A DNA stretch of 64,000 bases from Clostridia bacterium (GTDB lineage: Bacteria > Bacillota > Clostridia > Oscillospirales > CAG-272): contig JAGBEE010000012.1 in NCBI GenBank assembly GCA_017937135.1, positions 11,250-75,249 on the forward strand, in the 5' to 3' direction. Below the pieces are notes generated by a model that saw nothing but the letters and a program-made list of their open reading frames with translations, did not search any database and had not been told where the DNA came from. Each line of letters starts with the position of its first letter. Position 1 is the first letter of the stretch. Below are positions 37,758 through 47,271 of this stretch, piece after piece. The position numbers were made by a program, and so were the translations under genes.

Positions 37758-37866
37758 TCAGCGATTATTTGCAATGAAATTTGACAAGGCAAACGAAATG
37801 CGCATATGCGAATGAAATACTTGCTTCGCAAGAATGAAACGTGCCACAGGGTAAAACCTGTGGCAC
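37751..37866 (+). repeat. Hairpin array with AATGAAA linkers at the 3' end of the GGGtGRT gene
   Basis: Hairpins: CAAATAATC-AGC-GATTATTTG (spans the stop codon), palindrome CGCATATGCG (37801-37810), CTTGC-TTC-GCAAG (37820-37832) and GTGCCACAGG-GTAAAA-CCTGTGGCAC (37841-37866). AATGAAA occurs at 37773, 37811 and 37833. Confidence 0.6.
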
Positions 37867-37884
37867 ATATGTTAGATAAGATAA

Positions 37885-38109
37885 ATAATAAAAATCACGG
37901 TTTATGGTATTTCAGAAGCAACAGCACAAACAAAGCTTTACTGCTGTGGATATATCATAATAGACGGTGAGATAACCTATATTGACAATGGAGCCTTGAG
38001 TGATACAGCTCAAACAAAATCCTACTCAGACTACGGCACAGAGTTCAATGCTGTAGAGACAGTAGAAGCTATTGTTCCAACAAAGGAAACTTACTCACAA
38101 GTAGCATAA
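37885..38109 (+). pseudogene. Possible stranded 3' fragment of a gene (74 codons, no start codon)
   Basis: Open frame IIKITVYGISEATAQTKLYCCGYIIIDGEITYIDNGALSDTAQ...KETYSQVA-stop with no ATG/GTG/TTG start or RBS. Ends 8 nt before the R2 terminator hairpin. Confidence 0.25.
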
Positions 38110-38117
38110 AACGATAA

Positions 38118-38374
38118 GGGGCTGTCGCATTAAGCGACGCCCCTTTTTTGAGGGATAGTGAAATATGCGCAGAAGGCGTGAACTCGTACACGTAGGCGTA
38201 CTTCGTACGGTAGAGTGCGAGGTCGCGTCTAAAAAACAGATATTAAAATGAAGAGAGCTTGCAACAAATTGCAAGCTCTCAACCTTAAAATTTTACTAAA
38301 ATAATTGTTTATACTTAATTTCAAGAGGGAATGTGTCTGTTTTTGGTCTGCACTTATTGCAACATCCCCTTTTT
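38118..38374 (+). repeat. Intergenic repeat R2, copy 2
   Basis: Direct repeat of 22922-23179, with scattered substitutions and a 1-nt deletion in the first hairpin. Again lies between convergent transcription units. Confidence 0.8.
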
Positions 38375-38427
38375 GTTAAATTAGTTTTAATGCCCACGTT
38401 TAACACGCTACATCAAAGCCTAAAATA

Positions 38428-39054
38428 TTATTTTTCCTCACCCTCTAAAATCAAAAGCTCTCTCATAATATTTTCAGGTCTATGCGCATCTATCATAGAA
38501 TAATTACCGCGCTTTCCGATTTTAAGCATTTTTCCTACGTGAAAATAACCGAAAATAAAGGGTGGTAGATGCGTTACAATATCGTTTATATTTCTTATAA
38601 CCAAAAACCTTTCCCACCTTTTATTTAATATTTTCGTTTTTATCCCCCAAATAACCCTTGGAGGGGCAAAGGCATACCCCTGTATTTTATCCCGAATATC
38701 CTCTCGGTTATACCAAATATATTCGTGACATAGCGTAGCAAGCCCGGCACCGTGAGAATAGCCAACACAGATGATTTTTTTATATCTTTTATCAAGTATG
38801 TATTTTTCAAGATGCGCTTCAATGCTCTTCCACACTCGCAAAAGCCCTCTATGTGCAAGCCATACAGTCCTTTCCATTCTTTTATAAGGCTTAAATGGAA
38901 AATCAAGATTGTTTTTCCAGTCCTGTATGCCATTTGAGCACTCAAGATAAATATATAGCGTATCCCCGACTGTGCGTATTGCATAATCGCCTGAATTTTC
39001 AACGTGAATGTAATTTATATTAAGTACATTATAAAATAACTGTGACAGCCTCAT
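38428..39054 (-). CDS. Lipase class 3-like alpha/beta hydrolase
   Basis: 208 aa with the nucleophile-elbow pentapeptide GYSHG (GxSxG) in VGYSHGAGLATL and a downstream Asp/His. The family call is by resemblance. Confidence 0.55.
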   Translation of the reverse strand: MRLSQLFYNVLNINYIHVENSGDYAIRTVGDTLYIYLECSNGIQDWKNNLDFPFKPYKRMERTVWLAHRGLLRVWKSIEAHLEKYILDKRYKKIICVGYSHGAGLATLCHEYIWYNREDIRDKIQGYAFAPPRVIWGIKTKILNKRWERFLVIRNINDIVTHLPPFIFGYFHVGKMLKIGKRGNYSMIDAHRPENIMRELLILEGEEK

Positions 39055-39195
39055 AATAACCTCGGAATTTATATTAGCGCATTATATATTTTACTAAAAA
39101 GTCCTTGCTTTTGACACAAAAAGGTGGTAGTATAAAATAGGTAATAGATAGACCCGAGACAGTTTGGCTCGATTTTATAAAAATGAGGTAAAAAT

Positions 39196-40344
39196 ATGTA
39201 CACTTTTTCATCACTAACCAAATATCTTGATTCAATACTTGTAAGAGAAAAGATTCCCTCTTTTAACTGCCGAGTTTTTCATAAGGGAAAAGAGGTATAT
39301 AGACACTTAGGTGGCTACAAGGATAGGGAAGAGGGAATAAAGCTACAGGGCGATGAATACTACTTTATGTATTCGGCATCGAAGCCGATTACCTGTGCAG
39401 CAGCGCTCCACGCATACGAGGAGGGGAAATTTCTAATTGGTGACCCCGTTTGGTGGTATTTGCCTGAGTTTAGAAATTGCAAGGTTAAAAATGTATTACC
39501 GAATGGAGAAACTGAGCTTGTACCTTTAAAAAGAGATATTTTAATTCACGACCTTTTCTCAATGCAGGCTGGTCTTAATTATGATACAGAAAATATTGAG
39601 ATAAGAAGCATAGGAAATAAAGACCCGAATGCCTCAACTCGCGAAATAATGAAGGGAATTGCAAAAATTCCACTTGAATTTCAACCAGGTGACAACTTTA
39701 ATTACAGCCTTTGCCACGACGTTTTAGCAGCAGTTGTTGAGGTAGCAACAGGCAAGCGCTTTTCAGACTATGTAAAAGAGGTTATTTTTGACCCACTCGG
39801 AATGACACATTCTACATATCGTATAAACGATGAAATCATAGAAAAAATGGCTCAGCAGTATAGACACAACTATTCAACGGGTGAGGCAGAGCTGTTTGGT
39901 AAGAAAAATAACTATATTTTCACAAATGAATACGACAGCGGTGGAGCAGGTATTATATCTACAATGGATGACTATGCAAAATTTGTTTACGCAATGACAA
40001 ACTATGGTGTGGGCGAAAACGGAAGAAGAATACTTGCAAGGGCAACAATAGATTTAATGAGAACAAACGTATTAAGTGGTAAATCACTCGAAAGCTTTTC
40101 AAGCTGGGATACAAATAGAGAATACGGCTATGGCTATGGTGTAAGAACGAAAATAGGTGAGGGTAGAGGTGGAAACCTATCCTCAAAGGGAGAATTTGGC
40201 TGGGACGGAGCAGCAGGCTCATTCCTTTCAATAGACCCCGAAAGACAAATAGGTATAATTTATACTCAGCATATGCTAAATCCATTAAACAACATAACGC
40301 ATGCAAGAATACGCACCCTTGCGACCTTAGCGCTTGGATATTAA
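39196..40344 (+). CDS. Serine hydrolase, beta-lactamase/transpeptidase-like (class C/esterase family)
   Basis: 382 aa with the SxxK motif (YSASKPIT) and Tyr-x-Asn-like and G-x-G C-terminal elements. No signal peptide. Confidence 0.78.
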   Translation: MYTFSSLTKYLDSILVREKIPSFNCRVFHKGKEVYRHLGGYKDREEGIKLQGDEYYFMYSASKPITCAAALHAYEEGKFLIGDPVWWYLPEFRNCKVKNVLPNGETELVPLKRDILIHDLFSMQAGLNYDTENIEIRSIGNKDPNASTREIMKGIAKIPLEFQPGDNFNYSLCHDVLAAVVEVATGKRFSDYVKEVIFDPLGMTHSTYRINDEIIEKMAQQYRHNYSTGEAELFGKKNNYIFTNEYDSGGAGIISTMDDYAKFVYAMTNYGVGENGRRILARATIDLMRTNVLSGKSLESFSSWDTNREYGYGYGVRTKIGEGRGGNLSSKGEFGWDGAAGSFLSIDPERQIGIIYTQHMLNPLNNITHARIRTLATLALGY

Positions 40345-40347
40345 ACG

Positions 40348-40378
40348 AAAATCGAGGCTGTTTTGCCTCGATTTTTTA
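40348..40378 (+). terminator. Intrinsic terminator
   Basis: AAATCGAGGC (40348-40357) pairs with GCCTCGATTT (40365-40374), followed by TTT. Confidence 0.75.
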
Positions 40379-40623
40379 TATTTATAAAACAGAAAGCAAT
40401 CATTTTTTGCAAAAAACATCGCCAAAACGCGACAAAATATGCAAAAAGAGAATAATATTCATTTTTGGCTTTTGCCTTTATTCACGATTTGGTAAAAACG
40501 TAGAATTTTAAAAAATTTTATTTTCAACTTTTATTATTAGTTAACTAATCAATTTTATATATAGTGCACAATCATTTTAGGTATTTGCCTATAATGAAAA
40601 AAATAGTTGAAACTTTTATATGG

Positions 40624-40717
40624 CGTGGAAAACTCAGTTGAAAAAGTGAAAAACTCCAATAAAATCGTGCCAAGTTTTCCACTTTTCCACACTTGACACC
40701 CGTGGAAAAGTGGAAAA
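40624..40717. promoter_or_regulatory. Cluster of five DnaA-box-like words (TTTTCCAC/GTGGAAAA), including a perfect 16-bp inverted repeat
   Basis: CGTGGAAAA at 40624-40632, TTTTCCACT at 40675-40683, TTTTCCACA at 40683-40691 (one mismatch to TTATCCACA), CGTGGAAAA at 40701-40709 and AGTGGAAAA at 40709-40717. The arms 40675-40690 and 40702-40717 are exact reverse complements. Confidence 0.4.
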
Positions 40718-40869
40718 AGTGCTTAATTTTACTCATTTGCCGAAAATCAAGAGTGTAGAAAAATAAAAAAATTCAAAAATTGACTTGACAAAAAAATATT
40801 CACAAAACGATGAATAATTTTAGTAAGATAAAGTAATTCTCAACAAATTGCACAAAAAAATGTATAATT

Positions 40870-41100
40870 TTAATCCTGACTGCTCTTTAAAAAAATAATA
40901 AAGCCACTGCTTAAAAGAAACGTAGAGGCTACTATGTACTCGCACAAATTCCTCATATTTGGTATCACGTGAAATTGTATATAAGCGCTTTGCTCACACA
41001 AAAGCAACGATAAAACGTAAAACGCGCAAAAAATAATAAGAATGTACATAAGCTTAAAGAGATTGTATGCGTGAACTTTTTTAAATCCAAAATTGAACAT
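40870..41100 (-). CDS. Possible small membrane protein (76 aa, two hydrophobic segments)
   Basis: The only ORF in a 1-kb AT-rich gap. An AGGAG-like RBS (plus-strand CTCCTT at 41107-41112) lies 6 nt upstream. No homology recognised and it could be spurious. Confidence 0.3.
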   Translation of the reverse strand: MFNFGFKKVHAYNLFKLMYILIIFCAFYVLSLLLCEQSAYIQFHVIPNMRNLCEYIVASTFLLSSGFIIFLKSSQD

Positions 41101-41357
41101 AAAAGCTCCTTTCTATGATTAAAATTTAAGTCAAGCTACTTAAATATGCTATATCTCCCATTTAATTATAGATTATAAAAATACTGCTTTCAATGCAAAA
41201 TATATACCAAAAATGTAATCAAATTACAATTTGCAAAGCATTTTATGGCTTGTGTATGCTTTGTGTTGAAAAACCGAAAAAGAGCTGAAAATATCAAATT
41301 TTTGATACTATCTATTGCAATTTAAAAAAAATTATTGTATTATATAGTAGTATAAAA

Positions 41358-42695
41358 ATGTATAGAGGAGAAATTGTGTTGGAGGCCAAGATTGAAAAAG
41401 CAGTTGAAAAATATTCCTTAGAGAAAATGTATGATGGCGCAATCGTTGGCTTTTCAGGTGGCGCAGACTCAAGTGCTATTGTTCACTATCTTCACTCAAG
41501 GTGCAAAAACCTTATTTGCGTTCATATAAATCATATGATTCGTGGAGAGGAAGCGCTTCGCGATGAGCTGTTTTGCAAAAAAATCTGTATGGAATACGGT
41601 GTAAAATTCCTATCCTACAGAGTAGATGTTCCGGCGCTTGCTAAGGCGAGAAAAAAGGGGATAGAGGAAACAGCAAGAGAAGAAAGATATAATATATTTA
41701 ATCGCATTTTAAACGATAATCCTGAATATAAATGTATCGTCGTGGCTCATAATTCTGATGACAATGCTGAAACTGTAATATTTAATTTAGCGCGTGGAAG
41801 TGGAGCAAAGGGCATCTCTGGAATTGATGCCTCTAACGGAAATATTGTTCGCCCATTGATTTTTGCAACCAAAAAGGAAATAATTGATTATTGCTTGGCA
41901 AATAATATTGAATATGTACACGATTCAACCAATTCAGATACAGATTATACAAGAAATCATATAAGGCACAAAATCATTCCTGAAATTGAAAAAATAAATC
42001 CAAGCTTTAAGGAAGCGTGCCACAAGCTTGGCTCAATTTTAAAGAGCGACGAGGAATACTTTGATAAAATAGTAAGCGAAATTATAGAAAAAAACGCTAT
42101 AAAAAAGAGCGCAAAAATAAGCCTTCTTTTATCGCTTGAGGACTCAATTTTGTCAAGGCTACTTCGCAAAATGTCTGGAGAAAGGCTTGAATACACATCG
42201 GTTATCAGCTGTAAAAGGTTATTAAAGGAAGCGCACTCGGGCAAATATATAACCCTACCAAATGGAATTTCCTTCAAAATAGAGCACGACAGCGCTATGT
42301 TCATAAGCTCAAAAAAGCTTGAGAAGAAGGAATACAATGTAATAATTGATAAGGATGTAAATTATATTAAAGAAATTGATTCTTATATATGTGTAAATTC
42401 TGCTCCCGAAATTGATGGCTATAACAAGGAAATAGAAATATCATTTAAAGGGGACGAAATTGCTTTTCCACTTTACATAAGAAGCAAAATGGATGGCGAC
42501 ACTATACAAAGTGGAAAAATGACAAAGAAATTAAAAAAGATATTTACCGACAAACATATTCCATCACACCTACGCGATAAAATACCTGTTATTTGTGATA
42601 ACAAGGGTATAATTGGCGTATTCGGAGTTGCGATAAGGGACGGTGCGCGTGGAAAAGACTACACATTATATGCATACAGAAAAACGGAGGTATAA
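41358..42695 (+). CDS. tilS: tRNA(Ile)-lysidine synthetase
   Basis: PP-loop SGGADSS (VGFSGGADSSA) and TilS C-terminal domain. An alternative GTG start at 41376 has a better RBS (AGAGGAG). Confidence 0.88.
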   Translation: MYRGEIVLEAKIEKAVEKYSLEKMYDGAIVGFSGGADSSAIVHYLHSRCKNLICVHINHMIRGEEALRDELFCKKICMEYGVKFLSYRVDVPALAKARKKGIEETAREERYNIFNRILNDNPEYKCIVVAHNSDDNAETVIFNLARGSGAKGISGIDASNGNIVRPLIFATKKEIIDYCLANNIEYVHDSTNSDTDYTRNHIRHKIIPEIEKINPSFKEACHKLGSILKSDEEYFDKIVSEIIEKNAIKKSAKISLLLSLEDSILSRLLRKMSGERLEYTSVISCKRLLKEAHSGKYITLPNGISFKIEHDSAMFISSKKLEKKEYNVIIDKDVNYIKEIDSYICVNSAPEIDGYNKEIEISFKGDEIAFPLYIRSKMDGDTIQSGKMTKKLKKIFTDKHIPSHLRDKIPVICDNKGIIGVFGVAIRDGARGKDYTLYAYRKTEV

Positions 42696-42705
42696 AGAGG
42701 TATAA

Positions 42706-44976
42706 ATGAAGAAGAAAAGTAATCTCGGTGTCATAATTTTCTATGTGCTGATTATTGCAGTAATCGTATTTGCAATAGCATCTATATTCCAAGACACTAA
42801 GGAAGAGGAAAAATACAAGTATAGCGATTTAATTGCTGACTTTGACAGTATGCTCGTTACCGATTGCGTTATAGACGACGGAGAGGGAACGATAACCCTT
42901 AAAATCCTTCAAAAGGATAAGGACGGCAACATATTGGTTGACGATAAGGGCAATTTCAAATATTTAATTAAAACCTATGAGTTTGGTAGCGCAACATATA
43001 ATATGTTTGTTACTAACGATATTCATGAGATTATCGATAAGTATCAAAGCGCTGGAATAGAGCTCAATGTTGATGAAACTCCCGTTGCTGAAACACCTTG
43101 GATTCTTTCATATCTCCCATATATAATCCTGTTTGGACTTATAATAGTGTTTATGTTCTTCTCAATGCGTCAAGCAGGTGGAGGAAAAATGGGTGGCTTT
43201 GGCAAATCTAAGGCAAGGGCTGTCGGAAATGATGAAAAGAGAGTTACCTTCCAGGATGTTGCAGGAGCAGACGAGGAGAAGGAAGAGCTTAAGGAGGTTG
43301 TTGAATACCTCAAAAACCCATCTAAATTTACCGTTTTAGGAGCGAAAATTCCACACGGTGTGCTTCTTGTAGGCCCTCCAGGTACAGGTAAAACCTTGCT
43401 TGCAAAGGCAGTTGCAGGCGAAGCAGGCGTGCCATTTTTCTCAATGTCAGGCTCTGACTTTGTTGAAATGTACGTTGGTGTAGGCGCATCGCGTGTAAGA
43501 GATTTGTTTGATAATGCAAGAAAATCACCTGCTGCTATTATATTCATTGACGAAATTGATGCAGTAGGACGTCAGCGTGGCGCAGGCTTAGGTGGAGGAC
43601 ACGATGAAAGAGAGCAAACGCTTAACCAGCTCCTTGTTGAGATGGACGGCTTTGACGGACATTCAGGTATTATTGTTATGGCAGCGACAAACCGTCCTGA
43701 CATACTTGACTCAGCACTCTTAAGACCTGGACGCTTTGATAGACAAATTACTATTGGCTACCCAGATATGCAAGGACGTGAGGACATATTAAAGGTTCAC
43801 TCAAAGGAAAAGCCATTTGAGGAAAGCGTTAATTTGCATAAAATTGCTCAAACAACAGTTGGCTTTACAGGAGCAGACCTTGCAAATCTTCTTAACGAGG
43901 CTGCACTTTTGGCAGCAAGACGCTCAAAGAGCTTAATTGGTATGGCTGAAATTGAGGATGCCATGATAAAAATAACAGTTGGTACACAAAAGCGCGCAAA
44001 GAAGATGAGTGAGAGGGAAAAGCGCAATACAGCAGTTCACGAGGCTGGTCACGCAATTCTTGCCCACGTTTTACCAACACAAGACCCAGTAAGACAAATT
44101 TCAATTATTCCAAGCGGAAGAGCACTTGGCTATACCTTAACTCCCCCTGTTGAAGACAAGTACAGCGAGTATAAGCAGGAGATGAAGGAAAGAATTGCAA
44201 TGATGCTCGGTGGACGCGTGGCAGAGCAAATCACCTTTGGCGACTACACAGGTGGAGCATCTAACGATATTATGCGTGCAACAGAGGTTGCAAGAAAAAT
44301 GGTTACTGTTTACGGTATGAGTGAGGAGCTTGGAACAATTCACTTTGGCTCACAGCACGGTAGCGAGGCAGTATTCCTTGGCAGAGATTTTGGATCAACA
44401 CCTAACTATGCAGACTCAACAGCAGCTAAAATTGATGCAGAAATTAAGAAAATTGTTGATGAAGCATATGAGCTTGCAAAAAGGCTTCTTACAGAAAACA
44501 AGGAAAAGATTGAGTTTATAACAGAGTTCCTTCTCCGTCACGAGATTATGGATGACGAGCAATTTGAGCTTGCTATGCAGGATGGTACAACAATGGAGGA
44601 CCTCGAAAATCTTATGACCGAAAAGAGAAGAAGAAGCGAGGAGGAAAACAAGAGGCGCAACGAGCAAATGATGGAGAGGAAGCGTCAGGAGCTTGAGGAG
44701 CGTCGCCGTCTTGAAAGGGAGCTTGGCATAAGTGATGACGAGGATGATGTCTTGCCAAATCAAGCAAATTCAAGCACTCCAAATGAAAAGAGCTTTGACC
44801 CTGAGGATGTTTTCGGTGCAGAAAAAGAAGAGAAAGCAGATGGTACCCAGGCAAAGCAAGATGTGGAAAATTCAAATAGCCAGAATACAGAGTCAAATGA
44901 CTCTATAAAAGACAAAGCCGAATCACAGGACAACAAGGATGAAAGCACTAATAAGGACGAAAAGCCAAACGAATAA
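42706..44976 (+). CDS. ftsH: ATP-dependent zinc metalloprotease FtsH
   Basis: 756 aa with an N-terminal TM, AAA+ Walker A GPPGTGKT, Walker [12 protein letters not shown], and zinc motif HEAGHA. Carries a long acidic low-complexity C-terminal tail. Confidence 0.95.
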   Translation: MKKKSNLGVIIFYVLIIAVIVFAIASIFQDTKEEEKYKYSDLIADFDSMLVTDCVIDDGEGTITLKILQKDKDGNILVDDKGNFKYLIKTYEFGSATYNMFVTNDIHEIIDKYQSAGIELNVDETPVAETPWILSYLPYIILFGLIIVFMFFSMRQAGGGKMGGFGKSKARAVGNDEKRVTFQDVAGADEEKEELKEVVEYLKNPSKFTVLGAKIPHGVLLVGPPGTGKTLLAKAVAGEAGVPFFSMSGSDFVEMYVGVGASRVRDLFDNARKSPAAIIFIDEIDAVGRQRGAGLGGGHDEREQTLNQLLVEMDGFDGHSGIIVMAATNRPDILDSALLRPGRFDRQITIGYPDMQGREDILKVHSKEKPFEESVNLHKIAQTTVGFTGADLANLLNEAALLAARRSKSLIGMAEIEDAMIKITVGTQKRAKKMSEREKRNTAVHEAGHAILAHVLPTQDPVRQISIIPSGRALGYTLTPPVEDKYSEYKQEMKERIAMMLGGRVAEQITFGDYTGGASNDIMRATEVARKMVTVYGMSEELGTIHFGSQHGSEAVFLGRDFGSTPNYADSTAAKIDAEIKKIVDEAYELAKRLLTENKEKIEFITEFLLRHEIMDDEQFELAMQDGTTMEDLENLMTEKRRRSEEENKRRNEQMMERKRQELEERRRLERELGISDDEDDVLPNQANSSTPNEKSFDPEDVFGAEKEEKADGTQAKQDVENSNSQNTESNDSIKDKAESQDNKDESTNKDEKPNE

Positions 44977-45028
44977 TAAAGCCTGTGATTAAAGCGCGAA
45001 ATTTATTTTTTCGGGTAAATATAAAAAT

Positions 45029-45082
45029 GAGAGAGTATATGGTAAGCAAGGCTTAAAAAGCTTACCAAGCTCTCTCTTTTTA
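45029..45082 (+). terminator. Intrinsic terminator after ftsH
   Basis: GAGAGAG...GGTAAGC-loop-GCTTACC...CTCTCTC is a composite stem followed by TTTTT. Confidence 0.6.
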
Positions 45083-45260
45083 TTTAAACAACTAATCTTA
45101 AGTTGAATTTATATATATGATGAATAAAAGTTAGACAAAATGCACAAATTAACTACTTGTAAATTGTGTATTTGTCCAAAATATCAACAAAAGTCTTGAC
45201 ATAAAAACCATAATATTATATAATTAGGTTGTAAAAATAATTGATTTCAAGGAGTAAATC

Positions 45261-47252
45261 ATGAAAAAGAAAATATTTTTTGTATTAATGATGGTTGCTT
45301 TGATGGTAACTATACTTGCTTCTTGTGGTGCTTCCTGTGAGGAAACAGGACACACCTTTGAAGAAACAGTTATCAAGGCTGCGACCTGTACAACAGCGGG
45401 CTCAGGAACTAAAAAATGTTCCGTTTGTGGTGTGGAAGAGCCTATGACAATTCCACCACTCAAGCACAAGCTTGACAAGAATAACCCTACAAGAACCGTA
45501 GAACCAACCTGTATGGAAAATGGTGCTACATACGCTAAGTGCCAAAATGCTGGCTGTGATTACGAGGAAAAGATTGCAACATTAGATGCAAGCCTTGACT
45601 ACTGTGATCTTGAAGAGAAGAAAACAGAGCCTACCTGCTTGGGCAAGGGTTATACTATGAAGGTTTGTAAGGTTTGTGGTAACGACCAGGATATGCAAAG
45701 CATTGATCCACTCGGTCATACTTATACAAGAGAAAACCCAACTGGAATTACATATAAAGCTCCAGTATGCTTAACTGATGGCTCTATTACAATCAAGTGT
45801 CTTGAATGTGATTTGGAAGAAAATGTTGAAGAGGGCGAATGGACCTACTCAAAATTGAACGATGAGTCATTGGAAATTCCAGAGGTTGTAAAAGCAATAG
45901 CTGCAAACTATGACCTTGAGCCACTTGAACATATTTGGGATGCAAAGAATGAAACACTCAGCGTTGCTCCAACATGCACGGAACCAGGCTACGATATGTG
46001 CAACTGCTCACGTGAGGGCTGTACAGCAGAAGCTGTTAAAACAGCAGATTACGAGCCGCTTAAGCACACATTTGAAAGAGATGGCTTTGATATTAACAAT
46101 GTAGCTCCAGAAGATCGCGAAACTATTATTTCTCCTTCCTGCTGGAACAATAATGGTAAAGACGTAGTTCTTTGCTCTGATTGTAAAGTACAAAGCACAG
46201 AGCACTTTATCGATTTACCTGCTCTTGAGCACTATATTACATACGATGCATCAGATGTAACAGCTGCAACTTGTACAGAGGGCTCATTTGAATACCGTAA
46301 ATGTACAGGTAAGGGCTGTCAATTGGAAAAAGAAAAATTCTATACAGGTGTTAATGCCCTCGGTCACGATATGGTTCTTTACGATGCATTGTTGACAGAT
46401 GGAGAGCCTACATGTAAAACACTTGGTAATTACCCATATCATTGTAGCCGCTGCGAAGCATTTGATAAAGATTATCAAATTAACTTAAAAGGCGAAACAC
46501 AAAAGGATGCGCCTCATATGGGATATACAGCCGGACAATTCACCAACACAGAAAAGGGTGAAAAGGCACCTACTTGTTACGAATATGGTGTATATTACTG
46601 TGAAGACTGTAAAACAACATTTACAGACAAGGATGATAATGCTTGTAAGCCTACAGGTATTCACAGCTACTCATCTGAATATGAAGGTAACGAAGTAGTT
46701 AATCCTACATGTACAGAAGAAGGCTACACAATTTACAGGTGTCAACAGCCAGGCTGTCAAGAGTTTGAACACAGAGATTATGTTGTAAGAGCTGCTCACA
46801 CATTTGATGAGGTAACTAAGGATGGTATCCTTGTATGTACATGTGGTGCACAATATATCAACACAACAACAATAATGAAGGTTGAAGGCGAAACTGCTCT
46901 TCCTGGAGTTGACGGTGTAACTGTTGCTCCAAATGGAACAAAATATCCTGATGCACCCCAAGCTATCGGTACAACCTCTAAGGAATTCAACTTCTCAGCA
47001 GAGGATAAGAACGAGGATGGAGTAAATGACAACCTCGCATACGGACTTATCGAGCTTAAGGGTACGGCTGATACTGTTTATACAGTAAAGGTTTACAATG
47101 CAGATGGTGAATGCACCACTCTAAAGGCTCTTGCATCAGAGCTTAAGGGCGAAACAGTTTATGTTGACCTCTACGAGTGCGACGATGTTGTTAAGGTAGA
47201 GATTTCTGCTACAACAGATGCAACAGTTTCCTTCTACTACAAAAAGGCATAA
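45261..47252 (+). CDS. Lipoprotein with about 10 tandem Cys-triad (C-x3-G-x5-C-x2-C ... H) repeats
   Basis: Signal peptide plus lipobox (MVTILASC). Repeats of the form PTCxxxGxxxxxCxxCG, each followed by (P/A)L(K/G/E)H. C-terminal domain of about 110 aa. RBS AAGGAG. Confidence 0.75.
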   Translation: MKKKIFFVLMMVALMVTILASCGASCEETGHTFEETVIKAATCTTAGSGTKKCSVCGVEEPMTIPPLKHKLDKNNPTRTVEPTCMENGATYAKCQNAGCDYEEKIATLDASLDYCDLEEKKTEPTCLGKGYTMKVCKVCGNDQDMQSIDPLGHTYTRENPTGITYKAPVCLTDGSITIKCLECDLEENVEEGEWTYSKLNDESLEIPEVVKAIAANYDLEPLEHIWDAKNETLSVAPTCTEPGYDMCNCSREGCTAEAVKTADYEPLKHTFERDGFDINNVAPEDRETIISPSCWNNNGKDVVLCSDCKVQSTEHFIDLPALEHYITYDASDVTAATCTEGSFEYRKCTGKGCQLEKEKFYTGVNALGHDMVLYDALLTDGEPTCKTLGNYPYHCSRCEAFDKDYQINLKGETQKDAPHMGYTAGQFTNTEKGEKAPTCYEYGVYYCEDCKTTFTDKDDNACKPTGIHSYSSEYEGNEVVNPTCTEEGYTIYRCQQPGCQEFEHRDYVVRAAHTFDEVTKDGILVCTCGAQYINTTTIMKVEGETALPGVDGVTVAPNGTKYPDAPQAIGTTSKEFNFSAEDKNEDGVNDNLAYGLIELKGTADTVYTVKVYNADGECTTLKALASELKGETVYVDLYECDDVVKVEISATTDATVSFYYKKA

Positions 47253-47271
47253 TTAAATTAAACACGACTCT

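Noticed and set aside
40379-41357. Calling this region the chromosomal replication origin (oriC).
   Set aside because: No dnaA, dnaN or rpmH-type origin markers are present in 64 kb. Gene orientation does not switch cleanly here, since plus-strand genes lie on both sides. I cannot compute GC skew reliably by eye. It is kept only as a DnaA-box-like cluster.
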